Origin: Candidatus Methylomirabilia bacterium
Lineage (GTDB): Bacteria; Methylomirabilota; Methylomirabilia; Rokubacteriales; CSP1-6
Length of the DNA stretch: 64,000 bases
NCBI GenBank assembly: GCA_041496385.1
Contig: JBGQEL010000007.1
Coordinates: 23,799-87,798 of the forward strand
Direction of reading: 5' to 3'
The notes under the pieces were generated by a model. That model saw only the letters and a list, made by a program, of their open reading frames with translations. It ran no database searches and was not told the origin of the DNA. The stretch's first letter is position 1. The number at the start of each line of letters is the position of its first letter. The position numbers were made by a program, and so were the translations under genes. This document shows, in pieces, positions 38,210 through 47,062 of this stretch.

Positions 38210-39253
38210 TCAGAGGGCCGAGACGCGGTTCTTGCCGAGTCGCTTGGCCTCGTTCAGCGCACGCTCGGCCTGCGCCATCAAGTCCTCGGCCGACGCCGCG
38301 TCGGCGGGCAGGGCGGCGACGCCGAAGCACGCGGTCACCACGCCCTCCGCGAAGGGGTGGCGCTCGATGACCGCGCGGATGCGCTCGGCATACGTGACGG
38401 CGCCCGCCTTCGGCGTGTTCGCCAGGATCGCCGCGAAGTCGTCGCCCTCGCGGCGTGCCAGGATCGTGAAGCTCCGCGAGTGCTTCATCAAGAGGCGCGA
38501 CGTCTCCCTCAGCACCTCGTCGCCGGCCGCACGACCCTTGTCGTCGTTGAGCCGCCTGAAGTCGTCGAGGTCGAAATAGACGAGCGAGAGCGGATGGCCG
38601 AAGCGGGCGCTCCGCTTCGCCTCCTCGTCGACGCGCAGGGCGAAGTAGCGGCGATTGTAGAGCTCGGTGAGCCCATCCTTGAACGACAGGTCCTCGAGCC
38701 GCGCGTTGCGGATCGCGATCGCCGCCTGGGAGGCGAGGGCGAGGATCAGCCTCTCGTACTCCAGATCGAACGGCACGATCGCGCCGTTCTCGCTCAGCGC
38801 GTTGAGGAGTTCGAGGACGCCCACGATGTTGCCGGTGGGGTCCTGCAACGGCACGACGAAGACCGACCGGGTCCCGTAGTCGTTGCTGGCGTCGACCTTC
38901 TGGTTGAACGACAGCGTCTGCTGCACCCCGATCGCGTAGGCGTCGGCGACGTTGATGATCTCACCGGTCTTCGCGACGTGGCCGGCGAGGCTCGGCTCGG
39001 AGAGGGGCAGGGGGGCCGCCTGAAGGCGTCGTTGCATGTCGCGCTTGCCAAAGCGCGACTCGAGGAAATCGTTCTGGACTACCGCGAAGCGGAGCTGGTC
39101 GCCTTCGCGGAGGAAGAGGGTGCCGGCCTCGGCGTGGGTGAACCGCCGGGCCTGCTCGAGGATCCGTTCCAGGAGGGCGTAGAGATCGCGCTCGCTCGTG
39201 AGCGCGATGCCGATCTCGATGAGGTCCTCCAGTCGCTGGGTGCGATCGGGCAT
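38210..39253 (-). CDS. GAF-GGDEF protein 3, degenerate active site (EGDDF)
   Basis: GAF; DGLTELYNRR; ARREGDDF. Confidence 0.9.
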   Translation of the reverse strand: MPDRTQRLEDLIEIGIALTSERDLYALLERILEQARRFTHAEAGTLFLREGDQLRFAVVQNDFLESRFGKRDMQRRLQAAPLPLSEPSLAGHVAKTGEIINVADAYAIGVQQTLSFNQKVDASNDYGTRSVFVVPLQDPTGNIVGVLELLNALSENGAIVPFDLEYERLILALASQAAIAIRNARLEDLSFKDGLTELYNRRYFALRVDEEAKRSARFGHPLSLVYFDLDDFRRLNDDKGRAAGDEVLRETSRLLMKHSRSFTILARREGDDFAAILANTPKAGAVTYAERIRAVIERHPFAEGVVTACFGVAALPADAASAEDLMAQAERALNEAKRLGKNRVSAL

Positions 39254-39263
39254 CCGCCTCGGC

Positions 39264-40322
39264 TCATCCCGCGACCCGGTTCCGACCGAGCCGCTTCGCG
39301 TCGTAGAGCGCCCGATCGGCGGCCACGATCAGGTCGTCGGCGGAGGCGGCATCGTCCGGGAGTGAGGCGACACCGACGCTCACGGTGGCCCAGCCGTGCC
39401 GGAACGCGTGCTGTTCGACCACCGACTGGATGCGCTCGGCATAGGTGACGGCCCCGGCCTTCGCGGTGTTGACGAGGATGATCGCGAACTCGTCGCCGCC
39501 ATAGCGGGTGACGACGCTGAAGCTCCGCGAGTGCTTCAGCAGGAGCCGTGCGATGTCACGAAGCGCCTCGTCACCCGCGCGGTGGCCGAAGCGATCGTTG
39601 ATGTCCTTGAAGCGGTCGACGTCGAGGAGGGCGAGCGAGAGCGGCTCGCCGAAGCGTTTGTGGCGCTTGTACTCCTCCTCCATGCGGATCATGAAATAGC
39701 GCCGGTTGTAGACGTCGGTCAGCGCGTCCTTGAACGACAGATCCTCGAGACGCGCGTTGCGAATCGCGACCGCCGCCTGGGAGGCGAGCGCGCGCACCAG
39801 GCTCTCGTACTGGGTGTCGAACGGCACGATGCGCCCGTGGTCCACCGCGTTGATCAGCTCCAGCACGCCGAGGATGGTGCCGCTCGGCTCCTGGAGCGGC
39901 ACCACCAGGATCGACTGCGTCCGGTAGTTCGTCCGCGCGTCGACGCTGGCGTCGAACCGGTACGGACGGTCGGGCGGGATCATGTACGTGTCGTGGAGGT
40001 TCAGGATGTCGCCAGTCAGCGCCACGTGCCCCGCCAGCGAGAGTTCCCGCAGGTGGAGCGGCTGCTCCTGTAGCCGGTGTTTCATCTCCTCCAAGCCGAG
40101 CTCGCCCGCCAGGCGGTCGTTCTGCACGACCGCGAAGTGGAGGAGATCGCCCTCGCGGAGGAACAGCGTGCCCGCCTCCGCGCGCGTGAACCGCCGCGCC
40201 TCGCTGAGGATCCGCTCGAGCAGGGTCGCGAGATCGCGCTCGCTCGTCAGCGTGATCCCGATCTGGACCAGCTCCTTGAAAGCCTGGGTCAGGTTGACGG
40301 ACGGCTGTTCCGGCTGTTTCAG
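39264..40322 (-). CDS. GAF-GGDEF diguanylate cyclase 2; probable CTG start
   Basis: DALTDVYNRR, DVDRFKDIND, RYGGDEF; GAGGAGG just upstream of CTG 40322. Confidence 0.92.
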   Translation of the reverse strand: MKQPEQPSVNLTQAFKELVQIGITLTSERDLATLLERILSEARRFTRAEAGTLFLREGDLLHFAVVQNDRLAGELGLEEMKHRLQEQPLHLRELSLAGHVALTGDILNLHDTYMIPPDRPYRFDASVDARTNYRTQSILVVPLQEPSGTILGVLELINAVDHGRIVPFDTQYESLVRALASQAAVAIRNARLEDLSFKDALTDVYNRRYFMIRMEEEYKRHKRFGEPLSLALLDVDRFKDINDRFGHRAGDEALRDIARLLLKHSRSFSVVTRYGGDEFAIILVNTAKAGAVTYAERIQSVVEQHAFRHGWATVSVGVASLPDDAASADDLIVAADRALYDAKRLGRNRVAG

Positions 40323-40332
40323 TGCGCCCTCC

Positions 40333-41403
40333 TCAAAGCACTGCGACCCGGTTCCGCCCGAGGCGCTTCGCATGGTACATCGCCTTGTCCGCCGCCGCGA
40401 CGAGATCGTCACCGTTGGCCGCGTCCTCCGGGAGGCTGGCGACGCCCAGGCTCACCGTCACAGGGCCGTGCGCGAACGCGTGCTGCTCGACCACCTCACG
40501 GATGCGCTGCGCATACGTGACGGCGCCGGCCCTGGGCGTGTTCACCAACAGCACGGCGAACTCGTCACCGCCGAAGCGGGTGACGACCGTGAAGTTGCGC
40601 GAATGCTTCATCAAGAGGCGGGCGACCTCTTTCAGCGCCTCGTCACCCGCGCGGTGGCCGAAGCGGTCGTTGACGTCCTTGAAGCGGTCGAAGTCGAGCA
40701 GGACGAGCGACACCGGCTCGGCGAACCGCGAGTGACGCCTCCACTCCTCCTCGATCCTCACCATGAAATAGCGGCGGTTGTAGACGTCCGTGAGCGCGTC
40801 CTTGAACGACAGATCCTCCAGGCGCGCGTTGCGGATCGCGACCGCCGCCTGGGACGCGAGCGAGCGCACGAGGGTCTCGTACTCCATATCGAACGGCACG
40901 ACGCAGCCGGTCTCGTCGAGGGCGTTGATCAGCTCGAGGACGCCGAACACATCCCCCCCCGGCTCCTGCAGCGGCACGACGAGCACCGAGCGTGTCCGGT
41001 AGTCGCAGCGCACGTCGAACATCCCGTTGAAGCTGTACGGCCGGTCCGGCGGGATGGCATAGGTGTCCGGGATATTCACCACCTCGCCCATGATCGCGAC
41101 GTAGCCGGCGAGGCTCAGATCCGAGATCTTGAGTGGCTCCTCCTGCAGCAGTCGCTTCATTTCGGGCTCGCTGAGCCGGCTCAGCAGGCGGTCGTTCTGG
41201 ACGACGGCAAAGCGCAGGCCGTCGTTCTCGCGCAGGAAGAGAGTGCCAGCCTCCGCTCGCGTGAAGCGGCGGGCCTCGGTGATGATGCGCTCGAGCAGGG
41301 TCGAGAGGTCCCGCTCGTTCGTGAGCGCGATCCCGATCTGCACTAGCTCCCTGAACGCCTCAGTGAGATTGATCGAGAATGACATGTTCGCCGCTACGGC
41401 CAT
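40333..41403 (-). CDS. GAF-GGDEF diguanylate cyclase 1
   Basis: DALTDVYNRR, DFDRFKDVND, RFGGDEF. Confidence 0.92.
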   Translation of the reverse strand: MAVAANMSFSINLTEAFRELVQIGIALTNERDLSTLLERIITEARRFTRAEAGTLFLRENDGLRFAVVQNDRLLSRLSEPEMKRLLQEEPLKISDLSLAGYVAIMGEVVNIPDTYAIPPDRPYSFNGMFDVRCDYRTRSVLVVPLQEPGGDVFGVLELINALDETGCVVPFDMEYETLVRSLASQAAVAIRNARLEDLSFKDALTDVYNRRYFMVRIEEEWRRHSRFAEPVSLVLLDFDRFKDVNDRFGHRAGDEALKEVARLLMKHSRNFTVVTRFGGDEFAVLLVNTPRAGAVTYAQRIREVVEQHAFAHGPVTVSLGVASLPEDAANGDDLVAAADKAMYHAKRLGRNRVAVL

Positions 41404-41456
41404 CTCCCCTGCCTGTTCCCCGCCGTCAAAACGCACCCAATCACATACAGGAGACG

Positions 41457-41472
41457 AGCAATCCCCATTCCA
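41457..41472 (-). promoter_or_regulatory. Sigma-54 -24/-12 promoter for the GGDEF operon
   Basis: Minus strand TGGAATGGGGATTGCT = GG-N10-GC with TTGCT. Confidence 0.65.
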
Positions 41473-41728
41473 CTGTCCGCGCGCACCGTCGCGACGGCAG
41501 TTCAGATGCTGATCCACGAGGATAGACGTCAACCCCGGCTCCCGTCCACGAAGCGTGCCGGCAAGAGAATGAGCACTCCCCTTGCGGGCGTGCGCTCAAT
41601 CCTTGTTCGAATCCTCGTGTCAGCCCGCCCCATCCGTCAATGTCATTATGACTGAAGTCCGGTGTTGTTCCAGCCCACAATCCTTCCGGAAATATTTGAT
41701 TTATCTAGTCTCCGGCGATTGCGCCTAT

Positions 41729-41744
41729 TGGCATTAGGGTTGCT
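41729..41744 (+). promoter_or_regulatory. Sigma-54 -24/-12 promoter for the 499-aa hypothetical gene
   Basis: TGGCATTAGGGTTGCT is near consensus; IHF-like AATCAAATATTTC (minus strand, 41689-41701). Confidence 0.8.
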
Positions 41745-41755
41745 GATTTCCATCA

Positions 41756-43255
41756 GTGATGAAATTGACATTCAGGAAGCACGAAGTCAAGGACCTGCAA
41801 CAGCTCGAGGCGCTCGTCACCGAACATGCGGACGCTATTGAGCCAGGCTGCCGCATCGTGGCGGCAGGCGTCAACCTCGGGCGCTCCACCGTGGATCTCG
41901 CCGGATTCGACGCTCGCCGGACCCCCATCCTCGTTGCGCTCGGCTTCACCGCCGATGACGAGATGCTGTTCCGGATGCTCGAGGCGTACGCGTGGTCTCT
42001 GGAGTATCCCGAGTCGGTACGCCGGCTCGTGGGCGAAGGGCCGGTGGGTTGGCCGCCCCGAATCGTATTCGTCGCCGAGCGCGTGCTCGAGGCCTTCCTT
42101 CGGAAGGTCCGACTGCTCAAGTTTCCCGCCGTGGACTGCTTCGAGTTCCGCTGCGTCGAGGTGAATGGCGCGACCGGCTTCTACCTCGATGCGGTGGACT
42201 GGAATCGCAGCGACGGGACGCCGCAGGACGCTCAGGCGCGGACGCCGGAACGGCCGCTCGCGCACGCGACGACGCTATCGGAGGAGCCCCAGGCTCCGGC
42301 GCTGCTCATCCAGCCCTTCGCCGCGCCGATAATGCCAGATGAGCGCCCCGTGGGCGCCGCGAGGCCGGAGCGCCACGAGCGCGTCACGGGCCTCACGAAC
42401 GGCCAGAGCGGCGGGGCCGACCAGCTCGGCTCAACACCGCGCTGGCTCGAGTTGCTCACGACACCGACGGAGACCCCCGGCCTCAAGCCGGTGTCGGCGC
42501 TCGATGCGACGCTCACGCCTCCCGAGACGTCGGAGCGGCGCAAGATCGGCGCGTCCGAGCCGAAGACCGCCGACGAGCACGGCGGCAAGCAGCGCGACGC
42601 GCTCGACGGGCTCGATCTGCCGGTGAACAAGGAGATCGCGCCGACGTGGCGGAAGTTCCTCGAGCGGCTCACCGGTGGCTTCGATACCCTCGCGAACTCC
42701 GCCGTGGCGGAGGTGGGACCCGCAGCCGCCGAAGGGACCCAGCCCGAACCCGTCGTGCTGCCTCCAGCCGCGCCCGCGCCAGCCGCGTTCGCCGCCTCGG
42801 TCGCGCCCGGGCTCCACCCGGCACCCGCGGCGCAGGCCGGGCGCAACGGCAGCGCCTCCGGGCCCCACGTGGCCAACGACAAGCGGGGGTTGCTCGACGG
42901 CGTCCAGCTTCCCGAGAACGGTGAGCTCGCGCCCCAGTGGCGGAAGTTCCTCGACAAGACCTCGATCGATGAGCAGAAGATCGCCGCCGTCAAGGAGTAT
43001 TTCCACCGCGAGTTCCCGCTGTGCACGATCTACGACTTCTTCGAGTTCCAGCGGAACGCGCAGGTCTTCCAGCTCCAGGACAACCACGGCAAGGTCGCAC
43101 AGCTGACCACGATCTCCGCGGACTTCTTCGAGGCCCGTCGCGACGGCGAGATCCGCCCCTGGCTCGAGAAGCACAAGCTCGCCCAGGCGATGCGGCAGGC
43201 GGGTCAGGCCGGAGTCTTCGTGAGCGCCAGCGGCCTCCAGATCGAGAAGCGCTAG
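41756..43255 (+). CDS. Hypothetical protein: NucS/PD-(D/E)xK-like N-domain (degenerate), low-complexity linker with two WRKFL repeats, unknown C-domain
   Basis: LEALVTEHADAIEPG...TVDLAGFD...ILVALG...PRIVFVAE; Pro/Ala-rich middle region. Confidence 0.7.
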   Translation: MMKLTFRKHEVKDLQQLEALVTEHADAIEPGCRIVAAGVNLGRSTVDLAGFDARRTPILVALGFTADDEMLFRMLEAYAWSLEYPESVRRLVGEGPVGWPPRIVFVAERVLEAFLRKVRLLKFPAVDCFEFRCVEVNGATGFYLDAVDWNRSDGTPQDAQARTPERPLAHATTLSEEPQAPALLIQPFAAPIMPDERPVGAARPERHERVTGLTNGQSGGADQLGSTPRWLELLTTPTETPGLKPVSALDATLTPPETSERRKIGASEPKTADEHGGKQRDALDGLDLPVNKEIAPTWRKFLERLTGGFDTLANSAVAEVGPAAAEGTQPEPVVLPPAAPAPAAFAASVAPGLHPAPAAQAGRNGSASGPHVANDKRGLLDGVQLPENGELAPQWRKFLDKTSIDEQKIAAVKEYFHREFPLCTIYDFFEFQRNAQVFQLQDNHGKVAQLTTISADFFEARRDGEIRPWLEKHKLAQAMRQAGQAGVFVSASGLQIEKR

Positions 43256-43686
43256 CTCCCCCTCCAGCAGCGCGCCCGCTCCATCGCGATCCTGATCACC
43301 ATCGACGTTCCACGACCGAGGCCCATCGCGCGGTATTGGGCGTATTTCCCGAGGAGCAGCTCGACCGCCGCCGCGTGCTCGCTCCCTCCCGTCAAGACCT
43401 CGGCGCGCCCTTCGACGATCACCCAGGCCAGCCGCGCCCAGTCCTCGTCGTAGCGGTCCACGACCAGCGCAGCACGCGGATTGTCCTCGATGTTGCGTAC
43501 ACGCCGCAGGCGCGCCCCCGGGACACGCTTGGGCTTGGCGTCGATGGCCGAGAAGCAGGCGCGCCCATCGAAGGCGTAGCAGACGGGCACCACGAGCGGC
43601 CGCCCGGACCGGTCGGCCGTCCCGAGCCGCGCCACCCGGCCCTCGCGCAGCAGGTCGATCGCCCAGGGGGGCAGATCGAGGCTCAC
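43252..43686 (-). CDS. PPOX-class putative F420-dependent enzyme (TIGR03668-like)
   Basis: VARLGT...PLVVPVC, IDAKPK, LRRVRNI, DRYDEDW..L.W. Confidence 0.88.
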   Translation of the reverse strand: MSLDLPPWAIDLLREGRVARLGTADRSGRPLVVPVCYAFDGRACFSAIDAKPKRVPGARLRRVRNIEDNPRAALVVDRYDEDWARLAWVIVEGRAEVLTGGSEHAAAVELLLGKYAQYRAMGLGRGTSMVIRIAMERARCWRGS

Positions 43687-44519
43687 CGGATCAGCTTGGC
43701 GTACCGGTCGAGGAGCTGGAGGACGCTGTCGCGCGGCTCCGAGGGGAGCCTGAGGATCACGCGCGTGATCCCGGCGTCCCCGTACGTCCGCAGCGTCGCC
43801 TCCTCGGCCCTTGCGCCGAAGACCGACACCGAGATCGTGTTCATCTCACGCTCCGCGCGGGCCGCGCGAGCGCGGAGGTCCGCGAGCCCGGGGAGAATCG
43901 CCTCGGCCGCCCGCCCGCGCGGGAACCATCCGTCGCAGAAGTCGACCACGCGCTGAAGGGTGTGTCCGCTCTCGCCTCCCAGCAGGATCGGCGGATGGGG
44001 CCGCTGGACCGGCTTGGGCCAGGACCAGATCGGGTCGAAATTCACGAACTCGCCGTGGAACTCGGCGGCATCGTTCGTCCAGATCGCCTTCATCGCCAGC
44101 ACGCGCTCCCGGAGCAGCCGGAAGCGGGTCTTGAACGCCGTGCCGTGGTTCTCCATCTCCTCGGCGTTCCAGCCGGCGCCGATGCCGAAGAGGAAGCGGC
44201 CGCCGGAGAGGACGTCGAGGCTGGCGGCCGCCTTGGCCGTCGTGATCGGATCGTGCTCGACGAGGAGACAGATGCCGGTGCCGACCTTGAGCGTACGCGT
44301 GACGGACGCCGCGGCCGTCAGCGCCACGAAGGGGTCGAGCGTGTGCGAGTACTCTCGGGGCAACTCGCCGCCGCCCGGGAACGGTGTGCGCCGGCTGGCG
44401 GGAATGTGCGTGTGCTCCGTCACGAACAGCGACTCGAAGCCGCGTTCCTCCGCGGCCCGCGCGAGCTCGTCGATCCGGATCGAGTAGTCGGTCGGAAAGA
44501 TGAAGACGCCGTGGTGCAT
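43683..44519 (-). CDS. LLM-class putative F420-dependent oxidoreductase (TIGR03619-like)
   Basis: EHTHIP, DPFVAL, GAGWNAEEMENHG, WPKPVQRPHPPI. Confidence 0.9.
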   Translation of the reverse strand: MHHGVFIFPTDYSIRIDELARAAEERGFESLFVTEHTHIPASRRTPFPGGGELPREYSHTLDPFVALTAAASVTRTLKVGTGICLLVEHDPITTAKAAASLDVLSGGRFLFGIGAGWNAEEMENHGTAFKTRFRLLRERVLAMKAIWTNDAAEFHGEFVNFDPIWSWPKPVQRPHPPILLGGESGHTLQRVVDFCDGWFPRGRAAEAILPGLADLRARAARAEREMNTISVSVFGARAEEATLRTYGDAGITRVILRLPSEPRDSVLQLLDRYAKLIR

Positions 44520-44558
44520 GGCTCCCCCCTCAGGGAACAGCGAGACATGGAGACTAAT

Positions 44559-45500
44559 TTAGGTGACGAAGACGGACTCGGGCAGGAACGCGGAGACGAT
44601 CCAGTTCGGCGCGTCGACGACCTCGCTGATCTTGAGATCCACGGCGACGCTCGCGAGGATGTACGCTTGCTCCCGCGCGAGTCCTCGCTCCTCCACCAGG
44701 TGATCGATCATGTAGCGGACGGCCTGCTGCGCCGCGGCGAAGAGGTCGGGGCCGTGCGCGGTCGTGCCGAACCACGACCCACGGTTGGTGCGCGGAGCCA
44801 GCGGTCCCGAGGTGCGGAGGCGCGGCTCGGGGAGGCGTCGCCCGCGCTGGAGATCGAAGCGGAGCGTCACGCGCGCCATCATCTCCACGGCCGTCACGCA
44901 CACCTCGCCGTCGCCCTGCGCGCCGTGCCCGTCGCCGATGCTGAAGAGCGCGCCGTCCACCCAGACCGGGAGGTAGAGCGTCGTGCCGGCGACGAGCTGC
45001 TTCACGTCCATGTTTCCGCCGTTCTTTCTGGGAGGCATCGTGCTGTGGCCGCCCGGTGTGTCGAGCGCCGTGCCCATCACGCCCGGAAACGGCTCCAGCG
45101 GTACCGCGATGTCGCGTCCCATGCGGGCGGTGGCGCCGTCGGAGACGTCCCAGATCTGGAGAAAGGGCTTGGGGAAATCGGCCTCGGGCAGGAGTCCGCG
45201 CCCGGGGCGGATCGCCGTCCAGCCGAAGGGTGCCCGCGGCGCCACGTCGAGAATGTCGACGACCAGCACGTCACCGGGCTCGGCGCCCTTGACCGCGACG
45301 GGGCCGGTCAGCGGGTGGCCGCGGAAGGGCCCCCGCGCCAGCACGTCGCCATGGACAGAGGCCGGCGTGTAGTAGCCGTCGGCCGCGTCCCGGGTGTCGA
45401 AGACGACCGTGTCGCCGGGCTCGATCAAGAGGCGGGGCGCGAGGGCGTTGTTCCACTCGTAGTGGACGGCGCGGTCGTCCACCGAATGCGCGGCGCTCAT
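44559..45500 (-). CDS. Acetamidase/formamidase family protein
   Basis: HPLTGPV, GGNMD, GDGHGAQGDGEVC. Confidence 0.92.
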   Translation of the reverse strand: MSAAHSVDDRAVHYEWNNALAPRLLIEPGDTVVFDTRDAADGYYTPASVHGDVLARGPFRGHPLTGPVAVKGAEPGDVLVVDILDVAPRAPFGWTAIRPGRGLLPEADFPKPFLQIWDVSDGATARMGRDIAVPLEPFPGVMGTALDTPGGHSTMPPRKNGGNMDVKQLVAGTTLYLPVWVDGALFSIGDGHGAQGDGEVCVTAVEMMARVTLRFDLQRGRRLPEPRLRTSGPLAPRTNRGSWFGTTAHGPDLFAAAQQAVRYMIDHLVEERGLAREQAYILASVAVDLKISEVVDAPNWIVSAFLPESVFVT

Positions 45501-46348
45501 CGTCCGCCGCCCGCGAACGCGCTCCAGGCGACCATGCCCGTGCCCGAGCGCCACGCGACCGCCGGCGCGTAGGCGAGCACGTCCGCGGGGCCGCGGGTCA
45601 TGGCGAGCACGAGGAACCACGAGAGCAGCTCGGCGGTGCCGCCCGAGCCCACCTCCTCCATGCGTTCGAGCGTGCAGTCGCGGAGGAGCGTTTCGCGATC
45701 GTCCTTGGCGAGGAGCTCGAGGAACCAGCGGTCGAATTCCTCGTCCACCCAGAAGTACCGGGGCCCGCCCGGCTCGTGCGACAGTCCCCCCGTCGCGACC
45801 AGGGCGATGCGATCGTCGCCGGGGAAGGCATGCAGCATCTCGCCGAGGAGCGTCCCCACCTCATGGGCGCGCTCCGGCGTCGGGATGGGCGGGACGGTGC
45901 AGTTCATTCCGACGGGCACGAGCCTGAACTTCGCGTCGGGATTCAGGTAGTGCGTCGGCACCGAGATCCCGTCGTCGAACTGCATCTCGCGCAGGTAGGC
46001 GAGCTGGAGGCGTCGCCGCGCGCCTTCGGCGACGATCCAGCGCGCCAGCGCCGGGTGCCCCGGCACGCGGTACTTCTCCATCCCGAGCCACTCGTCGAAC
46101 CAGTCGGCCGGGCCGACGTGCTCCTCGGCGATCCCCACCGTGTACTCGGGGACGTTGTTGATCGGCCAGTTCAGCAGGTGATCGTTGCTGAACATCAGGA
46201 TCACGTCGGGGCGCGCCGCCTCGAGCCGCCGGCGCATCTCCGCCGTCGCGCCGAGGGCCAGCCGCTGATGCTCCTCGGGCGCGCGCGCGAACCACCCCGT
46301 GAGGCCGGGGGAGTGGGTCATGGCCATCGCGGCGACGATGGTGGCCAT
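45497..46348 (-). CDS. Class III extradiol dioxygenase, catalytic subunit (LigB-like)
   Basis: THSPG, NDH, TGGLSH and AELLSW Fe-ligand/catalytic motifs. Confidence 0.88.
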   Translation of the reverse strand: MATIVAAMAMTHSPGLTGWFARAPEEHQRLALGATAEMRRRLEAARPDVILMFSNDHLLNWPINNVPEYTVGIAEEHVGPADWFDEWLGMEKYRVPGHPALARWIVAEGARRRLQLAYLREMQFDDGISVPTHYLNPDAKFRLVPVGMNCTVPPIPTPERAHEVGTLLGEMLHAFPGDDRIALVATGGLSHEPGGPRYFWVDEEFDRWFLELLAKDDRETLLRDCTLERMEEVGSGGTAELLSWFLVLAMTRGPADVLAYAPAVAWRSGTGMVAWSAFAGGGR

Positions 46349-46350
46349 GG

Positions 46351-46689
46351 CTACACGCGCTCCTGCGTGGTCCGCGCCAGCGCCTTCGCGGTCTCCTCGG
46401 GGAACGCGCGCTTGTAGCACTCGAGCGCGGCGCTCGAGTTGGAGTTGTAGGCGGCGCCGAAGAAGAGGCGCAGGATCTGGGGAACGTAGTACTGGTGGAC
46501 CCCGAGGTCCATGAGACGCCGCGGGTCCTTGTCGCGGATGGCCTCGTACTCCGCCCGGCTGAGCCCGAAGTCGCGTGCGATCCCCTCGAGATCGGTGAGC
46601 CAGCGCGCGCGGAGCGCGGGGTCGCGCCGGACGTAGAACATCATCTCGTTCGTGGGAAGCGTCTTGTCGCAGCGATCGACGTTACCCAT
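46351..46689 (-). CDS. LigA-like small subunit of an extradiol dioxygenase
   Basis: FGLSRAEYEAI...D..RL..LGVH pattern; directly upstream of LigB. Confidence 0.75.
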   Translation of the reverse strand: MGNVDRCDKTLPTNEMMFYVRRDPALRARWLTDLEGIARDFGLSRAEYEAIRDKDPRRLMDLGVHQYYVPQILRLFFGAAYNSNSSAALECYKRAFPEETAKALARTTQERV

Positions 46690-47062
46690 CGCGCGCACCC
46701 TTCAGGATCTTCGGGTTGACCTTGAGGAACATGATCACGCAGCGCTCCGACCCCAGGTTCCGCACGTCGTGCTGGACGTTCTTCGGGAACTTCACGACGG
46801 CCCCGGCGGGCACGACGACCTCCCGGCCGTCGATGTTCATGTTGGCGGCGCCCTCGAGAACGAGGATCGCTTCCTCCTCGTTCGGGTGCGTGTGCATGAC
46901 CGTGGACTGGCCCGGCTCGTAACACGCCATCTCGGACCACAGCTGCTCGGTCTTGAAGAGCATCTTCCGTACCCGCCTGTCGGGCGCGAACACCTTGAGA
47001 GCGTGGAGATCGAAGATCTGCGCGACTCCCGTCCCCGCCGCGAGCGCGATCTCGTCGTCCAT
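46682..47062 (-). CDS. Cupin domain protein
   Basis: YEPGQ...HTHPNEEE...HDVRN; GAGGAGG RBS. Confidence 0.88.
   Translation of the reverse strand: MDDEIALAAGTGVAQIFDLHALKVFAPDRRVRKMLFKTEQLWSEMACYEPGQSTVMHTHPNEEEAILVLEGAANMNIDGREVVVPAGAVVKFPKNVQHDVRNLGSERCVIMFLKVNPKILKGARDG

Noticed and set aside
41486..41497. Perfect palindrome CCGTCGCGACGG
   Set aside because: Short GC-rich palindromes are expected by chance in this composition
41404..41755. c-di-GMP riboswitch upstream of the GGDEF operon
   Set aside because: No GEMM-type GGCAAA/tetraloop-receptor motif seen, and the predicted leader is only about 43 nt
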